Assembly (NCBI GenBank): GCA_038257035.1 | Contig: JBBSJT010000029.1 | Location: forward strand, 1-21,226 | Direction of reading: 5' to 3' | DNA: 21,226 nt | Source: Chlamydiia bacterium | GTDB taxonomy: Bacteria; Chlamydiota; Chlamydiia; Chlamydiales; Parachlamydiaceae | Part shown: piece after piece, positions 1-9,016 of the stretch | How positions within the stretch are numbered: the stretch's first letter is position 1 | Layout: every line of letters begins with the position of its first letter | The notes under the pieces: model-generated | The model's database searches: none | Seen by the model: the letters and a program-made list of their open reading frames with translations, nothing else | What the model was told of the DNA's origin: nothing | Position numbers and translations under genes: made by a program

Positions 1-64
1 GGTTGTTTTTTACGAAAGATGATGTTATTTGTTGTTGGATTATGAAACTTCTTGGATGGAAATT

Positions 65-2164
65 ATGATTACAACAAGCTTAAGCCCATTTGAGCAATGC
101 TATGTTACATGGCCTGACATTGTAAAATATGGTCCCGAGATAGACGAAAGAGATGTTTTGAATTTATCTCAAACATCCATGCTTTGGCACACCGGGCTTC
201 TTGAAAATTCTAAGTTGTTGGCAAAGGCAGACATTTTGCCATTTATCGCTTTTCTTAAAACTCATAAAATTACAAGCCCTCAAATAGTAGATTTAACGTG
301 CTTTCAGTCATGTACAACTTTTTTTGATATCTCTTTAACAAAGATAGAAAAGATTGTTGAAATTTCTCTTTTTCTTCATCAACTTAACGATGTTAGTAAA
401 ACAATATTACAGCAGGATTTTAAAAAACAGCATCTAGCGTCGATTTTTACAAGAGTGATGAAATCTATTAAAACAGATGAGCAAATCATAAAAAAAATAA
501 GGAAAAATCCCCCTTCTGACATTTATACACAACATGATCCTGAAAAAATTGAAAAATTTTACAAAGAAAAATTCATTCATTACTTAATCGTAACCGGGCA
601 ATTTGCAAAAGCAACTCACCACATAAAAAAAGATGGGTTTAAATTTAAAATCAATGATTGCATTAAAAACCCAAACTACACACTTATCCATGCACCATTC
701 TTAATTAGCTCTGAAAGAGTTATAATTATTAGGAACATATTTAAACAAAACTTACTTAAAAACTTTAACAAGAAAAACATAACAATAACAACTCAGAACT
801 TAGCAAAACGTATTCATATGCCTGAAATGGCTTTTCCGAGGGCATTTTTTTATTTTTTTGCTAAATTAGTAATGCTAAGCGAGCGCGATGATTCGCAAAT
901 GACAACCTTACATACTCTGATAGGTAAATCTTCGCTTAACGCTTTAGGACTAACTAAACATTCGGCCATTGCTACATATAGGAACGCAAAAGATTTTTAT
1001 TTAAAGTATAAAATAGAAGATAATTTAAAGAGTAATAATTTTGAAACTGCCGGTGCGCTAATCAAAAGTTTATTTAGTGCATCCAGTCAGGAACTTGCGA
1101 CTTCAAACCTTCTCAAAAGTCAAATAAATCGCCATTTATTAAACGATGATTTAAAAAATGGCTTTGATTTATTAACAAAACTATCGGCTTATGACATAAA
1201 TCGAAATTCAATCGCTATAGATATTGCAAAAAAAGCAATTCATGATCATGAATTGGATTTTGCGCTAGCTGCACTTCAATTAGTTAACATTTCGCCCCTT
1301 AGGAGAAAAGATGATCCACGAAAAGCATTAGAAATTACACACGAGAAAGATAAACTCTATTTGGAAATTGCCTGCAAGCAGTCTCTTACACTGGGTTATA
1401 AAACTTTTAAGCTTCTTTCTTATCCAATGGATTATATTGACGCATTTTGTTTAAATGCTGCTGAAATTATAGATAAATCAGATATTTCTAAAGTTTTGGA
1501 TTTAATAGCTAACTTAAAAATAGAGGTTAGCTTGAAGGTTCTTAATCGTCTTGTTGAAAAACTGTTTAAAGGGGCTTCTGCAAATAGTTGGTTTCATTAT
1601 GCAGCAGGGATTAAGGATAGTTCTAAACAAAGGTACGTACTTCATCTTTTATTTACCGGTTTACAAGAAAAACAACATTCAGCTTTATTTTGTGGAAATA
1701 ATGATCTTTACCATACCCTGATGATAAAGCTTGAAGAAGCCAATTTTCAAAAATGTTTAGATCTACTTTTTAATTTACCGACAAAGTGTGAGCAGCATCT
1801 TCTGCTTTACCGTATAGTAGATTATTTTTATCCGAATAAAGATATGGACGAGTGGATTAAAAGCGTGAGTAAAATTGCAGATGATCTGGAAAAACGCAAA
1901 TTTTTAAATAATTTTATTACTAACACGAAACTCATTGGGGCAATGTTTAAGATAAAATTACTTGAGATTGCAAATGTCGATGCAACTTTGGCATTTGATA
2001 TTATTAATGCCCATCCTGATAAGAAAAAAAGATTAACACTTTTTATTTTCATCTCTAATAAAATTAATTTAGACGAAGATGCTATCCAATGGATGAAACT
2101 TTGCGACCTGATTAGCGATCCTATTGAAAGACGCCAATTCATCCTCGACAAAACCGGCAAATAA
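65..2164 (+). CDS. Large hypothetical helical-repeat protein with a possible degenerate N-terminal F-box
   Basis: Long ORF (29..2164 from TTG; ATGs at 56 and 65 are more likely starts). Leu/Ile/Lys-rich. Motif WPDIV...DVLNLSQTSMLWH near the N-terminus and three C-terminal repeats of about 80 aa. Confidence 0.75.
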   Translation: MITTSLSPFEQCYVTWPDIVKYGPEIDERDVLNLSQTSMLWHTGLLENSKLLAKADILPFIAFLKTHKITSPQIVDLTCFQSCTTFFDISLTKIEKIVEISLFLHQLNDVSKTILQQDFKKQHLASIFTRVMKSIKTDEQIIKKIRKNPPSDIYTQHDPEKIEKFYKEKFIHYLIVTGQFAKATHHIKKDGFKFKINDCIKNPNYTLIHAPFLISSERVIIIRNIFKQNLLKNFNKKNITITTQNLAKRIHMPEMAFPRAFFYFFAKLVMLSERDDSQMTTLHTLIGKSSLNALGLTKHSAIATYRNAKDFYLKYKIEDNLKSNNFETAGALIKSLFSASSQELATSNLLKSQINRHLLNDDLKNGFDLLTKLSAYDINRNSIAIDIAKKAIHDHELDFALAALQLVNISPLRRKDDPRKALEITHEKDKLYLEIACKQSLTLGYKTFKLLSYPMDYIDAFCLNAAEIIDKSDISKVLDLIANLKIEVSLKVLNRLVEKLFKGASANSWFHYAAGIKDSSKQRYVLHLLFTGLQEKQHSALFCGNNDLYHTLMIKLEEANFQKCLDLLFNLPTKCEQHLLLYRIVDYFYPNKDMDEWIKSVSKIADDLEKRKFLNNFITNTKLIGAMFKIKLLEIANVDATLAFDIINAHPDKKKRLTLFIFISNKINLDEDAIQWMKLCDLISDPIERRQFILDKTGK

Positions 2165-2180
2165 CGTTCAGCAATCATCG

Positions 2181-2296
2181 GTTCTTTTTTAACACCGAGA
2201 GCACAGAGATAAAACAAGAGAGGAACATAAGAGAAAGTGTAATTCTTAACTTCCTCTTCTCTATTGATCCTCTATGCTCTCGGTGTTAAAAAGAAC
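2181..2296. repeat. Inverted-repeat (MITE-like) element with CRCNRAG heptamer arms
   Basis: Left arm GTTCTTTTTTAACACCGAGAGCACAGAG (2181-2208) pairs with right arm CTCTATGCTCTCGGTGTTAAAAAGAAC (2270-2296), with one mismatch and one indel in the T run. Confidence 0.85.
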
Positions 2297-2340
2297 GGTA
2301 AAAAAACTCATTCCAAAAAAAAGCTTATACTAGAATATGC

Positions 2341-2369
2341 TTTACTATATCGGTTTTCTATGATATCTT
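2341..2369 (+). promoter_or_regulatory. Putative sigma70/sigma66-type promoter of the ABC-F/spoU pair
   Basis: TTTACT-17 nt-TATCTT with TG at the extended -10 position, about 30 nt upstream of the ATG at 2400. Pattern match only. Confidence 0.35.
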
Positions 2370-2399
2370 TAGTTATCAAATTAAAATCGGAATTGGAAT

Positions 2400-3986
2400 A
2401 TGGCTATTACACTAAACAAAGTTTCAAAAAGTTACGGAAGTCGCGTCTTATTTGCTGATGTTACCGCTTCATTTAACGAAGGCAATCGTTATGGCCTAAC
2501 AGGCCCGAACGGTGCGGGAAAATCCACTTTATTAAAAATCATCATGGGTTTTGAAGATGCCACTAACGGCAGCGTTAATCTTCCTGATCGCGTTGGAATC
2601 TTAAGACAAAACATCGAAGATTACCGCGATTTCAGAGTACTAGATGTTGTTATCATGGGTAATAAACGCCTATGGGAAGCGCTTCAAGAAAGAGACACTC
2701 TTTATGAAGTTGAAATGACAGATGATGTAGGTATGCGCCTTGGTGATTTAGAAGGAATTATTGCAGAAGAAGATGGTTACTCTGCCGAATCTGAAGCTGA
2801 AAGCGTGTTGATTGGCATGGGAGTTGCAAAAAACTACTTTGAACAAAAAATGGGCTCCATTCCAACAGATCTACAATTCCGCGTTCTACTTTGCCAAGCA
2901 TTATTTGGTGGGCCTCAAGCGCTTCTACTGGATGAGCCTACAAATCACCTTGACTTAGATTCTATCGGCTGGCTTGAAAAACTTCTCCATGATTATAAAG
3001 GCACGCTAATCGTAATCAGCCATGATCGCCACTTCTTAAATTCGATCACAACGCACATCGCCGATATCGATTATGGTACAATCACCATGTATCCTGGCAA
3101 TTACGATCAAATGGTGCTTTCAAAAACAAACACTCGTGAAGGCGCAGAGCTTGAAATTAAGAGTAAAGAGAAAAAAATTGCTCAGCTTCAAGATTTTGTG
3201 TCGAAATTTGGAGCCGGAACTCGTGCATCTCAAGTGCAATCTCGCGTTCGTGAAATCGAACGTTTACAGCCTGAAAAATTAAAAGAATCGAACATCCAAC
3301 GCCCGTACATTCGATTCATTCCTTCAGATAAACAACCCGGTAAAATTATTGTCAAAGCAGAAAATATCAGTAAAGCTTACGGTGATTTAAAAGTTATCAA
3401 AGGTTTTTCACTTGAAATTGAGCGCGGAGATAAAATTGGTATCATTGGGCCTAACGGTTGTGGAAAAACAACTCTGATCAAAATGTTAGCGGGTATTATG
3501 GAACCGGACAGCGGTCACGTTGAGCTTGGTCATAACCTTCAAATCAGCTATTTCCCACAAAACCATCATGAGCTTGTCGACAATAAAACGGATGATCAAG
3601 CATTTGATTGGCTTAAAACCAGAAAAACCGGCATTTATGATCAGGAAATTCGTGGTGTGCTTGGGAAAATGCTATTTGGTGGCGATGAGGCCTTTAAAAA
3701 GGTATCTGCTTTATCCGGTGGTGAAACAGGAAGATTGATTATTGCAGGGATAATGCTCTCAACACATAACACACTGTTTATGGATGAGCCAAATAATCAC
3801 CTTGATTTGGAAGCTGTTTCAGCCCTTGCATGGGGACTTGATGAATATAAAGGAACAGCCATTTTCGTCAGCCATGACAGGGACTTGATCGGTACTGTTG
3901 CAACAAAAATCATTGCTTTTGAAAAAGATGGCATCCATATTTTTGATGGTCCTTATGAAGAATACCTAGAGTCTAAAAAAGGGTAA
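2400..3986 (+). CDS. ybiT: ABC-F family ribosome-associated ATPase (YbiT-like)
   Basis: Two ABC domains: Walker A GPNGAGKST and GPNGCGKTT, Walker B LLLDEPTNHLD and LFMDEPNNHLD, SHDR switch twice, second signature LSGGE, no TM segments. The N-terminal GNRYGL motif is typical of YbiT. Confidence 0.9.
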   Translation: MAITLNKVSKSYGSRVLFADVTASFNEGNRYGLTGPNGAGKSTLLKIIMGFEDATNGSVNLPDRVGILRQNIEDYRDFRVLDVVIMGNKRLWEALQERDTLYEVEMTDDVGMRLGDLEGIIAEEDGYSAESEAESVLIGMGVAKNYFEQKMGSIPTDLQFRVLLCQALFGGPQALLLDEPTNHLDLDSIGWLEKLLHDYKGTLIVISHDRHFLNSITTHIADIDYGTITMYPGNYDQMVLSKTNTREGAELEIKSKEKKIAQLQDFVSKFGAGTRASQVQSRVREIERLQPEKLKESNIQRPYIRFIPSDKQPGKIIVKAENISKAYGDLKVIKGFSLEIERGDKIGIIGPNGCGKTTLIKMLAGIMEPDSGHVELGHNLQISYFPQNHHELVDNKTDDQAFDWLKTRKTGIYDQEIRGVLGKMLFGGDEAFKKVSALSGGETGRLIIAGIMLSTHNTLFMDEPNNHLDLEAVSALAWGLDEYKGTAIFVSHDRDLIGTVATKIIAFEKDGIHIFDGPYEEYLESKKG

Positions 3987-4711
3987 TGTTTACCAAAAGA
4001 AGATTTTTAAATTTTGCTTTAAAACAGCAACATAAAAAATGTGCTGAACTCCTTAAAATTGCCTACGAAGGCAATTTTAAGGAGTATCTTGAACATTATA
4101 ACGAATTGCTTGTCTGGCTAAACCTCCCCCCATTTCACCCCAATAACAAAAAAGATATTGCTGATGCTTACCATAGGCATCTTATTTTAAGCGATGTCTG
4201 TTTCAAAGAGCATAATCTACTCCCCTCCATTAGAAAAGGCGACCAAACGACAAAATCTGCGGATTTTGAAATAGACATCTACCTTGATCAAATTCGTTCA
4301 GGACATAATGTTGGTAGTATCATCCGAACGACAGAAGCATTTTCCTTAGGCAGACTCTATTTTTCTGAAGACACACCTTTCAAAGACAATAAAAAAGTAA
4401 TAGATGCTGCCATGGATGCGCATCATCATGTACAAAGCTTTAAAAATGTTCCGCTCAAAGACCTTACTCGACCCATCATTCTTTTAGAAACAAGTGAAAA
4501 TGCAGTTAGTCTTTACGACTTTATTTTTCCTGAAAAATTTACACTAGTTCTTGGTAATGAAGAATATGGTTGTAGTGATGAGTCATTGAGGATTGCTGAC
4601 TACATCGTGGAAATTCCTTTAAGAGGGCATAAGAACTCCTTAAATGTGGCTAATGCCTTCGCAATCGTCGCCTCCGAGGTATTGCGTCAGAAACGTTCGT
4701 ATTTAGAATAG
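3986..4711 (+). CDS. TrmH/SpoU family RNA methyltransferase
   Basis: SPOUT motifs LDQIRSGHNVGSIIRT, LVLGNEEYG and IPLRGHKNSLNVA. The start overlaps the ABC-F stop (TAATG), suggesting translational coupling. Confidence 0.92.
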   Translation: MFTKRRFLNFALKQQHKKCAELLKIAYEGNFKEYLEHYNELLVWLNLPPFHPNNKKDIADAYHRHLILSDVCFKEHNLLPSIRKGDQTTKSADFEIDIYLDQIRSGHNVGSIIRTTEAFSLGRLYFSEDTPFKDNKKVIDAAMDAHHHVQSFKNVPLKDLTRPIILLETSENAVSLYDFIFPEKFTLVLGNEEYGCSDESLRIADYIVEIPLRGHKNSLNVANAFAIVASEVLRQKRSYLE

Positions 4712-4750
4712 AGAGAAATGTTGGATCTTTGATGTTTCATAATGTTATAA

Positions 4751-4846
4751 TTTTTTAACGCAAAGGCGCAAAGGCGCGAAGAATTAAAATAAAGGTCTTG
4801 AAGCTTAACGTTTCTCTTTGCGACTTTGCGCCTTTGCGTTTAAAAA
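4751..4846. repeat. Inverted-repeat element with three CGCRAAG heptamers per arm (may act as a bidirectional terminator)
   Basis: TTTTTTAACGCAAAGGCGCAAAGGCGCGAAGA (4751-4782) pairs with TCTTTGCGACTTTGCGCCTTTGCGTTTAAAAA (4815-4846). Lies between convergent spoU and menE. Confidence 0.85.
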
Positions 4847-4960
4847 TCTTAATCTACTGAATTTTTTACGATTTTGTGGCTTAGTGTTTAAAAATAACTA
4901 TTTAAAAACAACTCCCTAGTCTCCTCAAGCTTTGCGTTAAAAAAACACTTCGGAACAGCT

Positions 4961-6052
4961 TTACGGGTATAGTTTCCTGAGGAGGGCCGCTTTACAAAGC
5001 TTATTTAGAGCTGTCCTTGGAATACTGTCGACAACATGGACTTTCCTGATGCGTTCATAAGGCATTACAGATGCATTATATTCTTCTACAAGACTTGTAC
5101 ATTCATATTGAGTTGTTGCAAGATGGATGATGAATCCAAGGCGATCATCTTCTACAGCTATTAATGCGGCATCATGGTTAAGGCGCTTGTTTAATTTGAT
5201 TTCTTCCAAATGTTTTTCCAATTGTGAAAAGTGAACCCCCTCCCCTCCAATTTTAATAAAATCAGACGTTCTACCAAGTATGTTGAGGTTATTATTTTCA
5301 ATTGTTGCAAGATCTTCAGTAATGAACCAATCATTGACTTTTGGATCAATGATTTTATTTTTAGTTGGGCTAACAAAAATGTAGGCTGTCAGTAAGGATT
5401 TTGATTTTAACATCAGGTACCCATCTGGGCTGATTCTAGCTTCAACGTGTTGTAGTATATTGAGGCTGTTTGATTTATGGAACGATGTTGCTACTTGGGA
5501 GCAGCACTCAGTAAGGCCATAACTTATGAGGAGTGGCCAGCCAAGGTGAAGAGCTTTTTCGTACAATTGTTGATTGATTGCCCCCCCACCGACAACTAGC
5601 CCTCGAAGACTTTTAGGTGCATGTAATTGATGAAAAACTAAATCGAAAACCTGAGCGGGAACCAGCGATGTAAGAGTAATCTCATAGATAGAAATAAGTT
5701 CATGGAAGATTTGAGGATCCCATTTTTCAAGTGAATAAATTTTAGAATTAGTAAGTTGAGCGCGTGCTAAAATGCCAAGTCCTCCCACATGAAAATGAGG
5801 CAAGCAATTTAGCCAAATATCTTTAGGGGTTGCATTTAGATGTCTATTAACAGCCTTGGCAGACTCTAAAATTGCACTTTTGGAAAGGGCCACGAGTTTT
5901 AAGTCATCGCCATCTTTTTTCGTGGTACCTGAACTTGCAATAAAAAAATGAGCTTTAAAATGATCTGTAACTAGTTCATTTTCAATCGACGAAGTATCCA
6001 TTTCAAGCTTTGGATTGAGCAGAAGCTCTGATTTATCAGAATAAAAATCCAT
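4961..6052 (-). CDS. menE: o-succinylbenzoate-CoA ligase (AMP-binding family, short form)
   Basis: AMP-binding P-loop SSGTTK, CLPHFHVGG, SYGLTE, GRTSDFIKIGGE; in the men cluster. Start placed at ATG 6052, which follows the SD GAGGGG (the ORF track begins at TTG 6070). Confidence 0.85.
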   Translation of the reverse strand: MDFYSDKSELLLNPKLEMDTSSIENELVTDHFKAHFFIASSGTTKKDGDDLKLVALSKSAILESAKAVNRHLNATPKDIWLNCLPHFHVGGLGILARAQLTNSKIYSLEKWDPQIFHELISIYEITLTSLVPAQVFDLVFHQLHAPKSLRGLVVGGGAINQQLYEKALHLGWPLLISYGLTECCSQVATSFHKSNSLNILQHVEARISPDGYLMLKSKSLLTAYIFVSPTKNKIIDPKVNDWFITEDLATIENNNLNILGRTSDFIKIGGEGVHFSQLEKHLEEIKLNKRLNHDAALIAVEDDRLGFIIHLATTQYECTSLVEEYNASVMPYERIRKVHVVDSIPRTALNKLCKAALLRKLYP

Positions 6053-6104
6053 ATTCCCCTCAAGCGTCAATATATAAAGGTTTTTCTTTCATAGCGAAAT
6101 TAAA

Positions 6105-6267
6105 TTTGCTAATTTGGAGTGCGGTAACTTGTTACCGCTTTGTTGCTCAAATCGGCTTGACGATTTGCCACTAGCTAGAGATTTTTTAAAAATCTCTAGC
6201 TAGTGCAGCCCGCCAGGTCGGGCTGAAGACAAAGCGGTAACAGGTTACCGCACTCCAAATTAGCAAA
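6105..6267. repeat. REPIN-like element with GGAG-type REP termini and internal hairpins
   Basis: 39-bp terminal inverted repeats (6105-6143 / 6229-6267, 1 mismatch), each containing GGAG-T-GCGGTAAC-NN-GTTACCGC. Internal palindrome with 18-bp arms at 6169-6205 and a 7-bp hairpin at 6206-6225. Confidence 0.85.
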
Positions 6268-6279
6268 CTAGCAACGCCT

Positions 6280-7173
6280 CTAATTAATAAACCCATCAAT
6301 AAGGAACAAGCTAAAAACAATATATATAATTATTGAGCGGGCTAAAAATGTGTTGTAAAGCGATGAGGGTTCTGTCCGCCAAATATTGAAGATCAATAAT
6401 AGTGCAAAAATAAAAAGCGTTAAGTAGTTGAAGGTCCAAAAATTTGTAGCATATACGTTCAAGGCAAAGGGAAGAATGGCTAATAAAGTAATTTCAGCCC
6501 TTGCAAAGGTTTTCCCAAAACGCACAGCTAAAGTTTTTTTATTGACCACGGCATCATCTTCAATATCGCGTAAGTTATTAATACCAATCGGTAATGAAGC
6601 TAAACACCCTAATTGCAATCCTGTTACTACAATTTCTAAGGTTACAAAACCTGTTTGAAGATAAAAAGCAGAGAGGGTGCTGATTAAGCCAAAAAACAGA
6701 ATGACAAAGAGTTCGCCAAGACCATTGTAGGCCAAAGGTTTTGGCCCTCCGGTGTAAATATAGCCACAAATAACAGAAAGCAGTAAAACAGCGCAAATAA
6801 CGGCTCCTCCTTTAATAACTAAAGGGACACCAAGTAAAAGTGCGATGGCAAAACAAAAAAGGGCAGCTAAATAAACTTGGGTAGAGTTTAAGATTCCACT
6901 TTGAATGCCTCTTTTTGGTCCAAGTCTTGTCGTTTTATCGGCCTTATTTTTAAAATCGTAAACATCATTAATAAAGTTTGTTCCGATTTGTATAAATAAG
7001 GCGCTTGTTGCTGCAAAAACCATGATGGCAATGTCTAACTGGCCGGTTGTTGCCTCGGCAATAAGTGAGCCCACCAAAAAAGGAATAATTGAAAGAATCA
7101 ATGTTTTTGGTCGCGTTGTTAAAATCCAAGCTTTAGCGTAATCAACCGAGCTTGTTTTGACTGTTTCCATCAT
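6280..7173 (-). CDS. menA: 1,4-dihydroxy-2-naphthoate prenyltransferase (UbiA family)
   Basis: RPKTL, NFINDVYDFKNKAD, YTGGPKPLAY and NNLRDIEDDAVVNKKTLAVRFG motifs; many TM helices. Confidence 0.93.
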   Translation of the reverse strand: MMETVKTSSVDYAKAWILTTRPKTLILSIIPFLVGSLIAEATTGQLDIAIMVFAATSALFIQIGTNFINDVYDFKNKADKTTRLGPKRGIQSGILNSTQVYLAALFCFAIALLLGVPLVIKGGAVICAVLLLSVICGYIYTGGPKPLAYNGLGELFVILFFGLISTLSAFYLQTGFVTLEIVVTGLQLGCLASLPIGINNLRDIEDDAVVNKKTLAVRFGKTFARAEITLLAILPFALNVYATNFWTFNYLTLFIFALLLIFNIWRTEPSSLYNTFLARSIIIYIVFSLFLIDGFIN

Positions 7174-7188
7174 GGTTCTCCTAGTTTT

Positions 7189-8022
7189 TTAAGGCAATCT
7201 TGGAAATTGGCTAAAGTCAGGTTTGCGCTTTTCAAGAAAAGCGTTTTTCCCTTCAGCAGCTTCTTCTGTCATGTAATAAAGCAGAGTAGCATTGCCTGCA
7301 AGTTCTTGAAGGCCAATTTGTCCATCACAGTCAGCGTTTAAAGCAGATTTTAAGCAACGAAGGGCCAATGGTGAATGTTGCATCATTTCACGCGCCCATT
7401 TAATGGTTTCTTCTTCTAAATTTTCAAGAGGCACCACCGTATTGACAAGCCCCATTTGTAAAGCTTCTTCTGCATCGTATTGTCGGCAGAGGTACCAAAT
7501 TTCGCGTGCTTTTTTTTGTCCGACTATACGACTTAAGTAGCTGCTTCCAAGACCTGCATCAAAAGAACCTACTTTTGGTCCAACCTGTCCAAATTTTGCA
7601 TTTTCTGCTGCAATGGTCAAATCACAAACAATATGTAAAACGTGTCCTCCACCAATTGCGTAGCCCGCAACCATGGCAATGACAGGTTTTGGCATATGAC
7701 GAATCTGCTTTTGCAAGTCTAATACGTTTAGTCTTGGAACGCCATCAGAGCCAACGTACCCTTCTCCCCCACGGATTTTTTGGTCTCCTCCGGAGCAAAA
7801 AGCTTCATTACCTTGGCCTGTCAGGATAATCACGCCAACCGTTGCATCGTTGCGTGCCATTTCAAATGCCACTTGCATTTCCATGACTGTTTCGGGACGA
7901 AATGCATTTCTCACTTCAGGACGATTAATTGTTATTTTAGCAATACCATCGTCTGTTTTTTCATATTTAATATCTTGAAATGTTTTAACAGACTGCCAAT
8001 TGGCCATGTGCGTGATTGTCAT
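7189..8022 (-). CDS. menB: 1,4-dihydroxy-2-naphthoyl-CoA synthase
   Basis: Crotonase-fold MenB motifs [43 protein letters not shown]. The start overlaps the menH stop (ATGA); alternative start at 8007. Confidence 0.97.
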   Translation of the reverse strand: MTITHMANWQSVKTFQDIKYEKTDDGIAKITINRPEVRNAFRPETVMEMQVAFEMARNDATVGVIILTGQGNEAFCSGGDQKIRGGEGYVGSDGVPRLNVLDLQKQIRHMPKPVIAMVAGYAIGGGHVLHIVCDLTIAAENAKFGQVGPKVGSFDAGLGSSYLSRIVGQKKAREIWYLCRQYDAEEALQMGLVNTVVPLENLEEETIKWAREMMQHSPLALRCLKSALNADCDGQIGLQELAGNATLLYYMTEEAAEGKNAFLEKRKPDFSQFPRLP

Positions 8023-8714
8023 AAACCCTCTAAAAATAAGTTAACTTGTTTTTCAAATTCTACGGATTCCCATGCTACCCGATGAGAGCAATTTTTCGCT
8101 ATCCAAACTCGCGATTTAGGGTTTGAAAATGTTAAGTTTAAGGCAAGATCGGTAAATTTGAAATCTTTTTCGCCTACAATCCACAGAATCGGCATCGGTA
8201 GTTTGGTAATTGCTTCTCTTAAATCATCTTGTAGACCCAAAGACCAGTCATCGAGGCATTGTTCTAACATTTGGTCTGTATAGTCCCCTTTAGACAAGTT
8301 TAAGGGATTGTCTTTATTAAAAATTGGTTGATCGTTCCATTCACTCATTACGGCATCAAAATCTTCTGTTTGAAATTTTTGCAGCCAGTTTTTATCGCTT
8401 TTGAAACGCTCTTGTTTTTCGTATTCTGTAATTAAACCGGGATGTGCCGAAATGATGATTGCCGCTTTCCACTTATTTGGTGAGTCAATCAAGGAATGGA
8501 GTGCGAGACGCCCTCCCATGGAATAGCCAAGAAGTATATTTTCTTGTCCTTCTAGGACTTTGTTTTGATTAAAATCGGAAGCAAATTCTAAAATGTTTAA
8601 TGTTTTTTTCGAATGAAAAAGATTAGGGGCAGTAAGTGGAGCATAGAAATTGAATTTATCCCAATCAGTAGATGTCCCAAGGAAGCCATGCAAAGCATAA
8701 ATTTTTTTATTCAT
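8019..8714 (-). CDS. menH: SHCHC synthase (alpha/beta hydrolase)
   Basis: LHGFLG oxyanion motif, [10 protein letters not shown] nucleophile elbow, GEKDFKF, C-terminal His; directly upstream of menB. Confidence 0.88.
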   Translation of the reverse strand: MNKKIYALHGFLGTSTDWDKFNFYAPLTAPNLFHSKKTLNILEFASDFNQNKVLEGQENILLGYSMGGRLALHSLIDSPNKWKAAIIISAHPGLITEYEKQERFKSDKNWLQKFQTEDFDAVMSEWNDQPIFNKDNPLNLSKGDYTDQMLEQCLDDWSLGLQDDLREAITKLPMPILWIVGEKDFKFTDLALNLTFSNPKSRVWIAKNCSHRVAWESVEFEKQVNLFLEGL

Positions 8715-8760
8715 GTATGCAGCATAAACAATTTACGCAATTTTTAACAATTCCATATTT

Positions 8761-9014
8761 TTTGTGGCACTACTCCGTAGTGCATGATTATATGATATTT
8801 ACCGGTGGTTGCACCACCGGCTAGCTATGTAGTACCGCTCCGCGGTAAAAGCAATTTATTTCCTCTTAGTTTTAATCGCGAAAATTAACCCACTTAATCC
8901 TTAACCGTTTGACATTACTTTGTTTTTACCGCGGAGCGGTACTACATATCTAGCCGGTGGTGGAACCACCGGTACATCAATTATTAAAATGCACCACGGA
9001 TGTGGTGCCACAAA
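8761..9014. repeat. REPIN-like cluster downstream of the transposase (two inverted three-hairpin units)
   Basis: A hairpin 8764-8783 and B unit 8801-8847, a unique spacer, then inverted B unit 8927-8973 and inverted A hairpin 8991-9011. Confidence 0.92.
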
Positions 9015-9016
9015 CG

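Noticed and set aside
1828..2458. Small ORFs 1828-2217 (-) and 2264-2458 (+) sharing ALGVKK
   Set aside because: Both start inside the arms of the 2181-2296 inverted repeat and overlap real genes.
2849..2910. Degenerate first ABC signature (IPTDLQ instead of LSGGQ)
   Set aside because: A degenerate first signature is normal in YbiT-type ABC-F proteins and is not evidence of inactivation.
4961..6070. Short MenE (about 363 aa) as a pseudogene
   Set aside because: The frame is intact, with an SD and the main adenylation motifs; short MenE forms are known.
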